Of a stretch of DNA of 64,000 nt, positions 50,143 to 64,000 are shown piece by piece. The translations under genes were made by a program, and so were the position numbers. Numbering within the stretch: the stretch's first letter is position 1; each line of letters opens with the position of its first letter. Below the pieces are notes generated by a model that saw only the letters and a list, made by a program, of their open reading frames with translations, was not told the DNA's origin and ran no database searches. This stretch comes from Tubiluchus corallicola (Eukaryota; Animalia; Priapulida), in assembly GCA_030141605.1 (NCBI GenBank), contig JAQGDQ010000340.1:191492-255491 (forward strand), given 5' to 3'.

Positions 50143-53100
50143 CCATATCCTTAAGGTACAAAGTATAAACAAGAAGAATGAATTTTGTTTTTAAACGAAT
50201 GGATCAATTTAAAGTTAAATTAATTTAATAAATTAATTAATTAGATTAATTTACCTTGAACTGTAACAACTTAGGCTATTAGTAATTAAAAAATTAAAAA
50301 ATTTTTTTTTAGAATTTATGTATAAATTTTCGTTTCAAATGTTTGTTTTATTTTATACAATTTTATAACAATGGCTAACATTTTCTGAAGCAGCACCACA
50401 ACTAATTTTTGCTAGGAACCAATACTGCAGACAGCTAAATATTTTCACATTAATCTACATTATTCATTAACTTGGCTTACCTTATCCATTGGTGGAAATG
50501 CCTCACAGGTAAAATGATACATCCCAGGTTCTGGAAAAATCCGTGCCGCACACCGCCTGGCCGTCTGTAACACACGCGTGTCATCATCGTAATAATCAAT
50601 GACGTCATTGCGCGTCGGTGTTCCGAATTCCCAACAGATGACGTCACCAGTCACCAGCAACAATGGTGAGGATGTGATGTCAGCGACCTTTAAACAATAC
50701 ACGTCTGGTTGTGAGATGATGACAATGGCGCCTACCACTTTCGAGCGTGCGGAACTGACGTAGTAAAAGACACCTTTATCCTTGAAGTGGTAGGCAAAAC
50801 TGCAAGGTCCTTCTGCCACAGCACCGCTGCAGAAACCCTTTTCTACAGGTACACCTTGATGCGATACCTGTCAGGTAAACATAACAGCACAAACATTAAT
50901 AAACAAAATGAGTTAGCTTTAGCAATGGATATAAAAAATGTATGTTACGTACGACTAAGTTCATAAAGTACAAAGTACATTGCATATACTTATGTAATAG
51001 TAAGTAACAGTAACGTTTAGTTTTCCCATTTTATGGATAACAACCAGTTCAAATTTACACAACAGCTTTTACAATTTTAAAAAGACTTTTGATATATTTT
51101 TACCTATTGGTGATGTATACCGGTGAAAATATGGATGTTACCAAATTTTATAGTTATAAAATATACCTGTGAGAAGCAATTAGTGAACTGTTGTCTGTTT
51201 ACCCATATTAAACATCATACTAATTGCTTTGATTTATATTAAAAGTACACCAGAGTATAAAAGCTGATATTTCATAAATTTGTGTATCATGTCAATATTA
51301 CTGGTTAAACCAGAAAAGTTACAGTTTTCAATGTTGCATAATATGTGTTTCATGTAGGTTTCCTGTCTCACATTTCAAAATAAACTGCTTTTCATCATCT
51401 ATTATTCACATAATCTATCATCTATCTTCTGTAGGTTTATGTTGCCAATGACCTTTAGCAAGTTTGCGAGAAATTTCGATATTCAATATTTTTGGAAGGT
51501 TTAGTAAATAGTTTTCAATCATCATAAAAGTGTGTCACTAAATCTAGATTAACCACATATTTTGACTTTATTTGAGAAGCCCACACACATATAATGTTCT
51601 TAAATCTTCATTTTACATTTCTTGTAAAGAATGGTTTAGTTAGAGCTTAGGTCAAACAAATTGTAACAAACTGGTGCAGCGAATATGGTCTGCCTAATTA
51701 GTGCCGATGCTGCAAAACACTTTACTCCAAGAAAAGTGCTTTTAAGCTTTCATATTAGCTCACCTACTTCCTTATAAGGTGTTACACGTGTCACTAAATA
51801 AGGAGTTTAAAAACCACTATTAAGCTCAAATACAAGAAACTATGCATGGAGAACAACACATCTGATGTGAAGCAACTGTGTAGAAAAAAAATCACAAACT
51901 ACATTCACTGGGAGCAGTTATGAACAATTTGACAGAAAAAGACAATATGGGTAAAGCAAAACTGAAGTCTGGAAGGAAGAAAGAAACACGTTTGTCTGCC
52001 AAATTATTGTCTCGACCATCCATAAAAACAAAATATCTTCTGGAAAACAACTACTGTTAGTGTCCTCACATTATTTAACCCACCATTAATAGTTTGCCCC
52101 AACTTTAGGGTAAATCCTTGTTGAATGCTTGCGAAAAATTGTACTTTCCTATGCTTTACTTTGGCTGTTAAATTAGGTTATCAGAAAATGTGAATGTAAT
52201 ATCCAAAATTTAAGTGTAGAGAATATTAATGATTACGTGACGGAGACGTTCTTCATTTGGGCTTTCTTTGCACGGTGATAAATGAGGTTTTACTTCAAAC
52301 CAAAGCAGGGCATTTACTATTTATTTTGTAAAATTTCTTTTTCTGTCAAATTGTTCATAACTGCTCCCAGTGAATGTAGTTTGTGATTTTTTTTCTACAC
52401 AGTTGCTTCACATCAGATGTGTTGTTCTCCATGCATAGTTTCTTGTATTTGAGCTTAATAGTGGTTTTTAAACTCCTTATTTAGTGACACGTGTAACACC
52501 TTATAAGGAAGTAGGTGAGCTAATATGAAAGCTTAAAAGCACTTTTCTTGGAGTAAAGTGTTTTGCAGCATCGGCACTAATTAGGCAGACCATATTCGCT
52601 GCACCAGTTTGTTACAATTTGTTTGACCTAAGCTCTAACTAAACCATTCTTTACAAGAAATGTAAAATGAAGATTTAAGAACATTATATGTGTGTGGGCT
52701 TCTCAAATAAAGTCAAAATATGTGGTTAATCTAGATTTAGTGACACACTTTTATGATGATTGAAAACTATTTACTAAACCTTCCAAAAATATTGAATATC
52801 GAAATTTCTCGCAAACTTGCTAAAGGTCATTGGCAACATAAACCTACAGAAGATAGATGATAGATTATGTGAATAATAGATGATGAAAAGCAGTTTATTT
52901 TGAAATGTGAGACAGGAAACCTACATGAAACACATATTATGCAACATTGAAAACTGTAACTTTTCTGGTTTAACCAGTAATATTGACATGATACACAAAT
53001 TTATGAAATATCAGCTTTTATACTCTGGTGTACTTTTAATATAAATCAAAGCAATTAGTATGATGTTTAATATGGGTAAACAGACAACAGTTCACTAATT

Positions 53101-54135
53101 GCTTCTCACAGGTATATTTTATAACTATAAAATTTGGTAACATCCATATTTTCACCGGTATACATCACCAATAGGTAAAAATATATCAAAAGTCTTTTTA
53201 AAATTGTAAAAGCTGTTGTGTAAATTTGAACTGGTTGTTATCCATAAAATGGGAAAACTAAACGTTACTGTTACTTACTATTACATAAGTATATGCAATG
53301 TACTTTGTACTTTATGAACTTAGTCGTACGTAACATACATTTTTTATATCCATTGCTAAAGCTAACTCATTTTGTTTATTAATGTTTGTGCTGTTATGTT
53401 TACCTGACAGGTATCGCATCAAGGTGTACCTGTAGAAAAGGGTTTCTGCAGCGGTGCTGTGGCAGAAGGACCTTGCAGTTTTGCCTACCACTTCAAGGAT
53501 AAAGGTGTCTTTTACTACGTCAGTTCCGCACGCTCGAAAGTGGTAGGCGCCATTGTCATCATCTCACAACCAGACGTGTATTGTTTAAAGGTCGCTGACA
53601 TCACATCCTCACCATTGTTGCTGGTGACTGGTGACGTCATCTGTTGGGAATTCGGAACACCGACGCGCAATGACGTCATTGATTATTACGATGATGACAC
53701 GCGTGTGTTACAGACGGCCAGGCGGTGTGCGGCACGGATTTTTCCAGAACCTGGGATGTATCATTTTACCTGTGAGGCATTTCCACCAATGGATAAGGTA
53801 AGCCAAGTTAATGAATAATGTAGATTAATGTGAAAATATTTAGCTGTCTGCAGTATTGGTTCCTAGCAAAAATTAGTTGTGGTGCTGCTTCAGAAAATGT
53901 TAGCCATTGTTATAAAATTGTATAAAATAAAACAAACATTTGAAACGAAAATTTATACATAAATTCTAAAAAAAAATTTTTTAATTTTTTAATTACTAAT
54001 AGCCTAAGTTGTTACAGTTCAAGGTAAATTAATCTAATTAATTAATTTATTAAATTAATTTAACTTTAAATTGATCCATTCGTTTAAAAACAAAATTCAT
54101 TCTTCTTGTTTATACTTTGTACCTTAAGGATATGG
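50143..54135. repeat. Large inverted repeat: arms 50143-51942 and 52336-54135 (1800 bp each), 393-bp spacer
   Basis: The arms are reverse complements (coordinate sum 104278). ORFs 50460-50819 (-) and 53459-53818 (+) are identical. No mismatch noticed by eye. Confidence 0.97.
50481..50867 (-). pseudogene. Inverted duplicate of exon 53411-53797
   Basis: Mirror copy within the left arm, with intact AG/GT sites. Confidence 0.7.
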
Positions 54136-55533
54136 AAAAGATCAATAATGTTCACCTTAATTGACACAGCATGAGTGACAGTACTCTTTCTAATTACCTG
54201 CATGCGCACAACAGCCAAACACTATGTTGATGAACCTGTGAAGTGCACAATGCTGGAGCTGTGAAACACACAGCTCTGTCACCTACTCTGATTCCGTACA
54301 AGGATTTACAAGCATGTACGGGTATAAAGAAAGAATTGAAGAAAAAATACTCATAAATATTGAGTATTAGCGGTAATATCGAGTGAACATAGGGGGTGCT
54401 GCAGTTCCACAGTGCCTATACACGAGTCACTACTGGGTGTGTTAGAAGTCATTATACATTTTAGTCTTTTTTATTTACAAATTCAGCAAAAAATTGACTG
54501 AAACTTTGGAGAATTTTTTCAGTCACCTTTAAAATGCAAATGCAAAAAGAACTACTTCCCAGTAAAAGTCTAAATGTGTGCCACTATCTTCACCTTAACG
54601 TGTACACTTCTTGTATAAACCTTTCATGCTGAATAATTGCTAACAAATTCTAATTATTATTTCATTTCATAAAAAGCTTTTATTTACTTTTCCTGCATTT
54701 ACTTTTCTTTCAATGGAGATGCATAAAAATAGTGGAGAGTCAAATCTGTCAAGTTGTATTGTTCTGCCTTTAGATGACCAGTGGCTCATTGACCATTTTC
54801 AGCTTGTACCTATTTACTGCTAAGATGATGGTGACAAGGATGAAGATGTTGGTGAGATGATGATGATGATGATGATGATGATAGCATTTTTTGTCATTGC
54901 AGTATGGTGAGATTCAAGAGACAGTATCTAGTGTTATTGTTGACAAGCGTAGTGACAGCGCAAACGTGAGAGTTTCGTCTGACGGATTTGTACCTTCATA
55001 CATCAACATTAACAGGGTAGGACTAACCTGTTTGTTCTGATCTGTTTATTCAAGTACTTTTCATTTGAAAGATTTTAAGTTTCGATTCTGGTGTTAAGTT
55101 TTATTGAGCAGGACAAATAAAGCTAATGTTGAATACATAAACCACACTTATTACAGTTTATGATCCTTGTTATTGTGGTCCGATGAATTATGGTTTGCCA
55201 TTGATCGTGTGGTCTTGACTAAGTTGGCGCTAGTTATAACAGGTAAAAGTTGAAGTTGACAGAAACACCCTGAACTACAGGTTTGTGCACTGCCGTTTTT
55301 TATTCCAATGGTTAATTATGTTTCCTGTGTGCCAAGTATGCCAAACCAAAAATCAAAGGCAGCTTTAAAGTCTGCCTCCTCTTGACTGTGAGTCAGTGTT
55401 AATCTGAGAGATTTGATTTGATTTGATTTACTTCTTTATTTCAAACTTTCGTTCATATCATATTGGTACAACATTGAAAATATATACAATGAAAATACAA
55501 ATAAATAAACAACACAAAGCACACAACATTACA

Positions 55534-55569
<36 letters not shown>

Positions 55570-56064
55570 GATAATGATAATGATAATGATAATGATAATG
55601 ATAATGATAATGATAATGATAATGATAATGATAATGATAATGATAATGATAATGATAATGATAATGATAATGATAATGATAATGATATTGATAATGATAA
55701 TGATAATGATAATGATAATGATAATGATAATGATAATGATAATGATAATGATAATGATAATGATAATGATAATGATAATGATAATATTTCGCATTGACTT
55801 CAATCATTATATCAATGAATATCAACAATGTAAAAATTAAGCATACAATATCCATCTCCATCTCTCTTACACTGGAAGTAAATAAAGTATCACTACCGAA
55901 TATCGTTCTACATACATAACAAGTTTTCACTGTTTGAAATTCTGGTATTCAGACTGTAAATGCTTTTCCTGTAAATAACATCAAAGTACACTAATTTATG
56001 CATCACAGAAATGTCCCTGGCACTGTGATTGAACTGATAATTGAAAAATTTTTGCATTGATTTA

Positions 56065-56101
<37 letters not shown>

Positions 56102-56753
56102 AGGGAGGGAAGGAGAGACAGCTTTATTAAATCAGGAAGTTTTTTCTTAAAAACTAGGTGTACATTTTCTCCAGTCATGTTGTTCAGTGCCAGCCTTCGT
56201 GCCATGTTTAAAAAACAAAAAGTTTTCTCACACAAAAAGCTTGAATGCAAAATTGATATATACCAGATTATAGAAATGAAAAATCAATAATCTTATAACA
56301 TCCTTATTGATTTTGTATTTATCTGCACCTGGCATGGTTTATATTACTCTTTGTAGTTCAATGAAGACTATAATAGTGGTGAGAGTGTTTAATTCTTGGC
56401 TCAATAGAGTTTTTCTGGCTTGATTTTACGCAGTTAAGTTTGTTATGAAGTTGTTTATGTTATTCTCATTTCTTTGTTTTCTCTTCTGTTGTGCTGGTTT
56501 CAGGTTATTGAAATAGTTTCATCAGTGGTTGGTTTTCTAATATTGATAAGTTGTTTTATGCTTGTTTTTAGGGTCAGAGTGTATTTTGGGCGTGGAAGGA
56601 TTGTGAAAACGAAGAACATAATATTATTCATGTCACTCCAGGAGACGATGGGGTGAGTCGTGTTATTGTTTTTATTTTTTTAATATCTATATTTACCTTA
56701 TTTATTTCTAGTAGTTTTGTTTTCTTTATAATAATGATGATGATAATAGTTGC

Positions 56754-56820
<67 letters not shown>

Positions 56821-59800
56821 ATTATTATTATCATCATTGTTATTATTATTATTATTATCATCATTATTATAATACATCAAAATGGAATTTATTACCTACT
56901 GGTTTTGAGCAAACTATTCATTGTCAGGGCATCTAAAACCAAGAAATTTACCAGAATTTAGAAACAACATCGAAATACAATAGTAAGTTAGCAAACTAAT
57001 GTTAATGTTCTGATCTAACATTATATAGATAATTTAACTATTTATTACAAGAACAAGATTACACATCTGAATTGGTACTACTAAGCTATTTATTTGTTTG
57101 TTTGTGGCATGTAGCATAGTTTCATACCAATCAAGATATGTACTCTGTAAGAAAATTGTTAAATTATCTATTTTAAATGATCAATTAAGCTCTGGGCTCT
57201 AAATATACACTTCTCTGTAGAGAGGATGCTGTGGCATGTATGAACAAGCATGAGTGAGTTTTTTATTGTTTAATTCCAGGCTGCTCAAAGCGTTGTGCAA
57301 GGACCAAATGCTTTTAATAGCGGACGAGCATTACCAAACAGCAATTTCCTCTATACGTTCCTAGAACCTGGTGTGTACAGTGTCACGTCACATGGTGCTA
57401 GCGGTCACTTGTGTACAATCTCTGTTACGGAGCAAGGTGAGAGTTGAGTGACCAGTAATCCCGGAATTTTAATCGTGTATCTGATACCGTAGGAATATTA
57501 GTTTTTGTTGACTTTTCTCACAGATTTTTTTGCTTCTAGGATTAAGAACTGCTGAACCGAGAATTGTTACGGATAAGAATGGCGGCTTGGTTAAAGTTCC
57601 GTACTCTCTAAAGCTCACCTCGGACACCCCCGGTGTCAAGATATATTACACAACTGATGGTTCTCTACCAGAAGTAGCTAACCGTGATGTACAAGTAAGC
57701 TTATTTTACATTTTATCAGGTTAAAATGCAATAATGATAACCATATTTGAGTGAAATGAATTAAAAGAACTTCTTCACCTCTGGGAGATTCAATCCCAAT
57801 TCTCCTGCATTACAGGTAATATGTGTTAACTGTTGCAGCAGAGAAAAAAGTTGGTTTTCAAATTAAAAAAAGCTATTTTCACTTTTGTTATTATCTATTG
57901 TTTTTGCTGTTGTTAGCACTATGATGTCTGCATTTATTTTTTTCTATTGTTAGCATTATGATGTCTGTTCCTATTGTTTTTACTATTGTTGGCATTGTGA
58001 CGTCTGAATCTATTGTTTTTGTTGTTAGCATTATGATGTTTGCATCTATTTTTTTGTTGCTCTTAGCATTTCATGTCTGTTCCTATTGTTTTTGCTATTG
58101 TTAGCAACATGATGTCAGCATTAATTGTTTTTGCTATTGTTAGCAATATATGATGTCAGCATTAATTGTTTTTGCTATTGTTAGCAATATATGATGTCAG
58201 CATTAATTGTTTTTGCCATTGTTAGCATTATGATGTCTGCATCTATTTTTTGCTGTTGTTAGCATTTTGATGTCTGTTCCTATTGTTTTTGCTATTGTTA
58301 GCATTATGATGTCAGCATTAATTGTTTTTGCTATTGTTAGCAATATGATGTCAGCATTAATTGTTTTTGCTATTGTTAACATTAGGATGTCTGCATCTAC
58401 TGTTTTTGCTATTCTTAGGTTTGTGATGTCTGTTCCTATTGTTTATGCTATTGTTACAATATGATTGTCTGCATTTGTTGTTTTTGCTATTGTTAGCATT
58501 ATAATGTCGGAATCTACTGTTTTTGCTATTGTTAGCTTTGTGATGCCTACATAGTAAAGGGCAAGCCCCAAGGTGGTCTTGACTCAATTTCCTCTAGATA
58601 CTGGTTACTGCAGCAACAGGTTGTTGGCAAAATTCCTTCTCATAAAGTTTGCACACTGGTGCCTCGAGGCGTATACATTGCGAATAGATCCTCGACTGAT
58701 ACAAACGACTAGCGTTGAGTAGTCAAAAACATAAATAATTGTATTGCATTTAGAACAGAATAACGCAATATGTACCATTGTAATGCTGCAAATTAGATAA
58801 AAAAGTTATTACTAAAATAAAAAATTGCTTTTATCAAACTAAAAAAATCATCGTTAAAAAGAAATGTACATCGTTAAGTAAGAAAAAGATGTCAAATGTA
58901 CAGCTTCGTTAAACGAAATGCCACTAAAGTGGAAATTGGTAAGACTGGACTTTGACTTTTAGTTTAAGGAATTATTGTTTAACAAGAACAACAGTCAAGA
59001 ATGCTGCCATATTTTTCAGATTTACCACGATGAATCCGGGATCACTTTCACGGAGCCGAAGCTTGCTTTTGTGCGAGCAATGGCAGTCAGTCAGAGTCTG
59101 AGAGATAGCAAAGTGTTTAATTCAAAGTGAGCGTAAATCTGAAGTTTTTATTTGTTAAAAGAAAGGCCAAGCTTTCTGGGAAGTTATGCTTATTCTATCG
59201 TTTGCAAAAAATGTTAGAAGCATTTAGTAAAAAAAGGTCTGATAAGTGCCTCGTGTAATTAGTAATTTCAGTTTAAAGTTTGCGATCATTTCACACTTGG
59301 GCGCTTCCATTTTGAAGGTCCCATCGTTTTGAATGTCCATTATTCCACCAGTGACTCGATTCATTGACTGAAGAGAAGCAGCTCTCTGTCAATTTTCATC
59401 AAAACTATAATACGTTTGTGATATTTTTGCATGAACATTAGGTAAGCTAGAAAAGTCTGAATTAGTTTAAGCAGCGTGTGCTTATGGAAAGCCACAATGT
59501 GTTTAACGAAGTCCTTCAGTTTCGTCATTATGTATAAAATGAATGATGTCTACCAGCTAGACTGGAAATTTCTATACAGCGGCTGTATAAATTGACTTTA
59601 TGCTTTATAGACAGTTTTTTGTAAATTTCTTTGTTAAGTTTGATCTTAAGTGATATCTTTAAAATAAACTCGGCATGTAAGTCACTTGTTCTTTCCTTTA
59701 AGTACGTGATTTTATAAATTGGTTTTATCAATTTTATATTAAAAAGCTGTTATTTGTGCCTTTTATGCCAGTTATTTATCATTTGGGATTTTTATGAGAT

Positions 59801-62800
59801 ATTTGGTACAAAAGGGTTAAAGCCGGAGAATTTATTATAGACATGGGTCATAATGTAGTACGTTATTGAGTTTTACCTGCCAAACACTTCATGGATGTGT
59901 TCTTTTCCTAATAATATGGAATAATTCTGTTGTAATGTCACAATATTAAAAGCCGATAAGAACTTTTTCATGAGCAATCACAATAAGAATGGCATCACGA
60001 CAAGACAGACGACTTTATAGAGTTACATCGCAAGTGAGTAAGCCAAAAATAGAAAAACATCAGCAAAATACTGAATTGTATTTTGTGGATCGTTGCTTTA
60101 AATGTAATAGAAAAACAGAGTAAGTATGATAAGATGAGTGTTTAGTGGTCTTTTTCATGTTTTGTTTCATGTGACAGTAGTACATAATCATGCACTGAAG
60201 CTTGAAGTTCTTTGTTTTCATTCTGCGATTGCTCTTAATTATTCGTTCCTTAATTACTTTTACTGTATCATTGCTACAGGTGTTTCCACATCATGCGAGA
60301 TGCTCCATCTCCTACACAGGAGGAGATCATGAAACAGCGCGCTTTGGAAGCAGAAATGGTTGGCACTTTTTTTGTCAAGTTTTTGTTGTCTACATACCAA
60401 ACGTCCTTGATTAGGCAGACAAAACTGCCCTGGTTAGGTTTTCATTGTTGAATTTTTATTTATTTATATAAAAAAATAGGGTACAAGGTACCTTTATCCA
60501 AGCTGAGTTGGTGAAACCTGGTTTGGATGTTTCCATAGTAAAATTTCTGTCATGATTTTTTTTGCTACTTGATGGTGCTGCAGTTTATTCCTTGAAGAAA
60601 TTTGTGTCTGCTAAAATGTAGTGCAATAGCAACATTTGGCTAACTCACCACAAATAGTTAGAGAGATCTAGCATATAAGTATCAACAAGCGCTGTAAGTG
60701 TTACAAGCATTACAAGTGACCCACCCTGTTTAAAACTCTAAATGATGGTCCTTAATGAAAAATTAACTATTTTCTTGTTCTTTCTTAGTGCAAATTCTAT
60801 TTTTTAATAGTTTGATCTATTGTATAAGGATAGCAACTACACTGTTATTATAAGATTTTGTGAGTTAATGAATTATCAGCAGCAGATGAGCATGTCTTCC
60901 TTCAGTGACAGATGTAAGTGGGGTAGCAAAACCCTTAAAACTGAAGTGAAAAGAGCAGAAAAAACAATTTTGAACCAGTGCTTTTACCGATCTCCCATCT
61001 ATGTACTGAACGGATTCGGTACTGCATACCTTCACTCGTTAAAACCACTCAGCTGTGGTTTCCCACGTATTATTGAGAAAAACAATTACATTACGTCATA
61101 TTTGACAATGTCGTCCATTACAGAGAAAGAAGACAGAGTGGGTGAACCAGCCAAAGATAGTGGCGTATATATCCGGTCCCGGAGTGATGGAGGTGTACTG
61201 GGATAACATACAGCGGAAACACCTGTCAAAAATAAAAGGATATAAGGTTTGTAGAGGGCTGAAAGAGTTCATTGTTTGTTTCTTACTAGTGCATTTTTAC
61301 ATACTGAACTGTAATAAACAAGAATTAATAAATATCACGTTTTTTTATAATCAACAATTATTCAAAATAGGAAAGGATTCTCAGACAACTGGGAATTGAA
61401 CCCAGAAACTTGTGGTATCAGGTCAAGCGATCTCCCATTTGAGTTATCAACTCACATAGCTGACCTGGTCTGAATTGTCATATAGTAGCGTGCAATGCAT
61501 CAGAGCCACCTGTCCATAGTAAGGGAAAACTAACTAATCTTACTGCATTAAAGTTTTGTTACGGTAGAATTTAGCACAAATCCAGGATTTCTTTATCCAG
61601 AAATGAATTCATTCATGTTTTTTGCGTATTTTTATCATTGTTTTTCTGCTTCATTGCAGCTGTTTTTGAATCAGATCTCTTACACGCCGTTGCTTCCAAA
61701 TACGTATACAAGTTTGAACGTGTCGGGTTTAGCCAGTGAACGACGGTACGCTGTGCAGCTGGTTGTATATCCGGTTAACAAGGATTATTTTGATATCGAC
61801 TCTAACATTGTGGTAAGTTCTTACTGATTATCAACTTTTTGTTTTCACTGTTTTACAAATGCAGAGTTTTTTGTTTTTTTGCCTATTCTGTTCTGTGGTT
61901 TAATTATAAATACTGTTGCTACTTCTGACGTGCGACTGATTCGCTGGAGCAAAAGAACCAATTGCTTGACCTAAAAGAACTAAAGCCCCTTTTAGATGAA
62001 GCTTCTTTCTCGCACTTTCGAATGTGTTAAGTAAAGAATTTTAATTTTCAACTTTTGTCTTCGCTTTAATCTCATGTATTAATTAAATTGTTTGCGATAA
62101 AAAATTTCATTCTTTAAATTATTATAAAATGGTAATCAAAACTAATGATTGGTTTGTATTTATTTTTATTTTTAGCTGTCGTTTTTATTTTTGTTTTGTT
62201 TTCATTTTTTTCGATTTTAGGATTTAGAAACACCAGCGGCATGTCAATCCGGAGGTCCCATAATCTCCGTGGAGGCTCATCCGACATCCACTACGTTGGT
62301 CATAGTCTGGAGTACATCCGGGTTAAATCATAATGGTTATGTGGTTCAGCTAAATGGAACGTCAATTGGTGATAAAGTATGGATAGCTGTGTTTAAGACT
62401 GAATTATTTATTCAGATAGCTATGACATGAGTTGGAGTTACATTAACTAGTTGTAACATGAGTTTAATTCCCATTACATAGTTGTGACATGAGTTTAACT
62501 TACATTAAGCAGTAATTGTGACATGAGTGTAATGCATATCAAGTAGTTGTGACATGAGCTAAATTCACATCAAATAGTTGTGACATGAGTTTAACTTGCT
62601 TCAAATAGTTGTGACATGTGCTAAATTCATATCAAGTAGTTGCGACATGAGTTTAACTTGCTTCAAATAGTTGTGACATGAGCTAAATTCATATCAAGTA
62701 GTTGTGACATGAGTTTAACTCACATTTAGTAGTTGTGACATGAGCTGAATGCACATCAAGTAGTTGTGACATGAGCTGAATGCACATCAAGTAGTTGTGA

Positions 62801-63626
62801 CATGAGTTTAACTCACATCAAGTAGTTGTGACATGAGCTGAATGCACATCAGGTAGTTGTGACATGAGCTGAATGCACATCAGGTAGTTGTGACATGAGC
62901 TGAATGCACATCAAGTAGTTGTGACATGAGTTTAACTCACATTAAGTAGTTGTGACATGAGTTTAACTCTCATTAAGTAGTTGTAACATGACTTTAACTC
63001 ACATCAAGTAGTTGTGGCATGAACTGAACTCATACCAAGTAGTTGTGACATGAGTTTAACTCACATTAAGTAGTTGTGGCATGAACTGAACTCATACCAA
63101 GTAGTTGTGACATGAGTTTAACTCACATTAAGTAGTTGTGACATGAGTTTAACTCACATTAAGTAGTTGTGGCATGAGTTTAACTCACATTAAGTCGTTG
63201 TGACATGACTTTACTCTCATCAAGTAGTTGTCGCATGAGTTTAATGAAAATTTTATGTAATGATGCCTAATTTAATGATGCATCATTCTTGTCTAATGAA
63301 GCATAATTTTAATGATGCCTAAACTAATGAGTTTAGTGCAAATTTCTGCACTGAAAATTTTTACTAATTTCTGATAATGTAAATTCTGATAGCTTATGTA
63401 GATGTGATGGGTAGCTGAACTCAAAACTAGCTCAGTTTGCTATGCTCTGCCAGGTAAAGTTAGTGAAATGCAACAAAATCTGTTCTGTGATTTACATGAA
63501 TTGCATTTAACATGTTTGTGTGTTTACAGGTTGAACCTGAACCCGGAAGTAGCCGGTGTAAGATTGTAGTCGAAGACTGTGAACTGGGAGTGCCTTATGT
63601 TATGAAAGTATTTGGCATCCCATTAG
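53411..63626 (+). CDS. Uncharacterised multi-exon protein: cupredoxin-like repeats, Fn3-associated (CHB_HEX_C-like) domain, fibronectin type III domains (partial at both ends)
   Basis: Eleven phase-compatible GT-AG exons: 53411-53797, 54903-55016, 56572-56652, 57280-57436, 57540-57694, 59020-59126, 60280-60358, 61124-61246, 61660-61812, 62221-62376, 63530-63626. Plastocyanin-like motif FVPSYININRGQSVFWAW...HNII...FNSG...FLYTFLEPGVY. Fn3-associated motif SDTPGVKIYYTTDGSLP. FN3 motifs VYW...GYKLFLN...SGL...YAVQL. Confidence 0.88.
55537..55785. repeat. (GATAAT)n microsatellite
   Basis: Directly visible. Confidence 0.97.
56735..56872. repeat. (GTT)n/(ATT)n microsatellite
   Basis: Directly visible. 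Confidence 0.9.
57895..58545. repeat. 39-bp minisatellite (ttgtttttgctattgttagcattatgatgtcagcattaa)n
   Basis: About 16 degenerate copies in an intron. Confidence 0.9.
62420..63245. repeat. 31-bp minisatellite (gtagttgtgacatgagtttaactcacatcaa)n
   Basis: About 26 copies in an intron. Confidence 0.95.
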
Positions 63627-64000
63627 GTATGAAGCACTTGCTCCGCCTACTGTAGTCACTGTTTGGGTAGGATGACAAATTGTTTACCCAGCTTGTGTGT
63701 TTGTGCGTCTTTCTGCATAATAAAATCAATACAATTGAAACTATGATTATCCAAAATGGCTGTACAAGACATGGAAACCCATTTATTATGGTTTAGAAGG
63801 TCGTTGTTCGGAACACAAAAATATCAGAATCAAAATTTAATGTGTCCTTATTCATTCATCCTGACACGGGATAGGTCTAGACAAAACCTGGAAGCCATTA
63901 AATTTTACTTTAGAAGGTAAAAGATCAAGGTGACGAGGTCATAAATGTCAAAATAAATTTTTGTCCATAATGCCTTCATGTGTGTCTCTATTAGGTCTCC

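Noticed and set aside
50143-54135. Large inverted repeat as a foldback or Polinton transposon
   Set aside because: No TSD, no terminal motifs and no transposase or integrase; the arms consist of host intron and exon sequence.
54774-54850. Extra exon between 53797 and 54903
   Set aside because: The flanking exons already join in phase 0, and this AG/GT-bounded segment would shift the frame.
57540-57694. Calling the + strand gene DZANK1 or PKHD1L1
   Set aside because: Only single-domain resemblance. No zinc ribbons, ankyrin repeats, IPT/TIG or G8 domains appear in the reconstructed exons.

Overview
This is AT-rich, repeat-dense eukaryotic (animal) genomic DNA with GT-AG introns. The 5S-like sequence and the neuropeptide type suggest a protostome, probably lophotrochozoan, invertebrate (inference). 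Most long ORFs in the supplied track are microsatellite translations. Five spliced genes were reconstructed by hand. (1) A + strand, probably secreted protein with a TSP1-like six-cysteine module and a Pro/Gln plus Tyr/Lys-rich tail (1177-4613). (2) A convergent - strand secreted orphan protein (6305-7618). (3) A two-coding-exon CCAP-like neuropeptide precursor on the - strand (21207-22768; mature peptide IFCNSYQGCGPTMDH) that the ORF track shows only in part. (4) The last four exons of CCDC186 on the - strand (39718-49785). (5) Eleven in-phase exons of a cupredoxin-like/Fn3-associated/FN3 protein on the + strand (53411-63626, open at both ends). Genes 4 and 5 both lack their 5' exons in this window and meet at an inverted repeat with 1800-bp arms and a 393-bp spacer (50143-54135). 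This is either a young rearrangement or an assembly chimera. Intergenic and intronic DNA contains a 5S-headed SINE3-like element, tRNA-derived SINEs, TTAA-flanked Kolobok-like MITEs, hAT, Harbinger and Tc1-like MITEs, a LINE 3' fragment, many mini- and microsatellites and one N gap. No prokaryotic features or CRISPR array were found. All homology calls come from recalled sequence patterns, not database searches.
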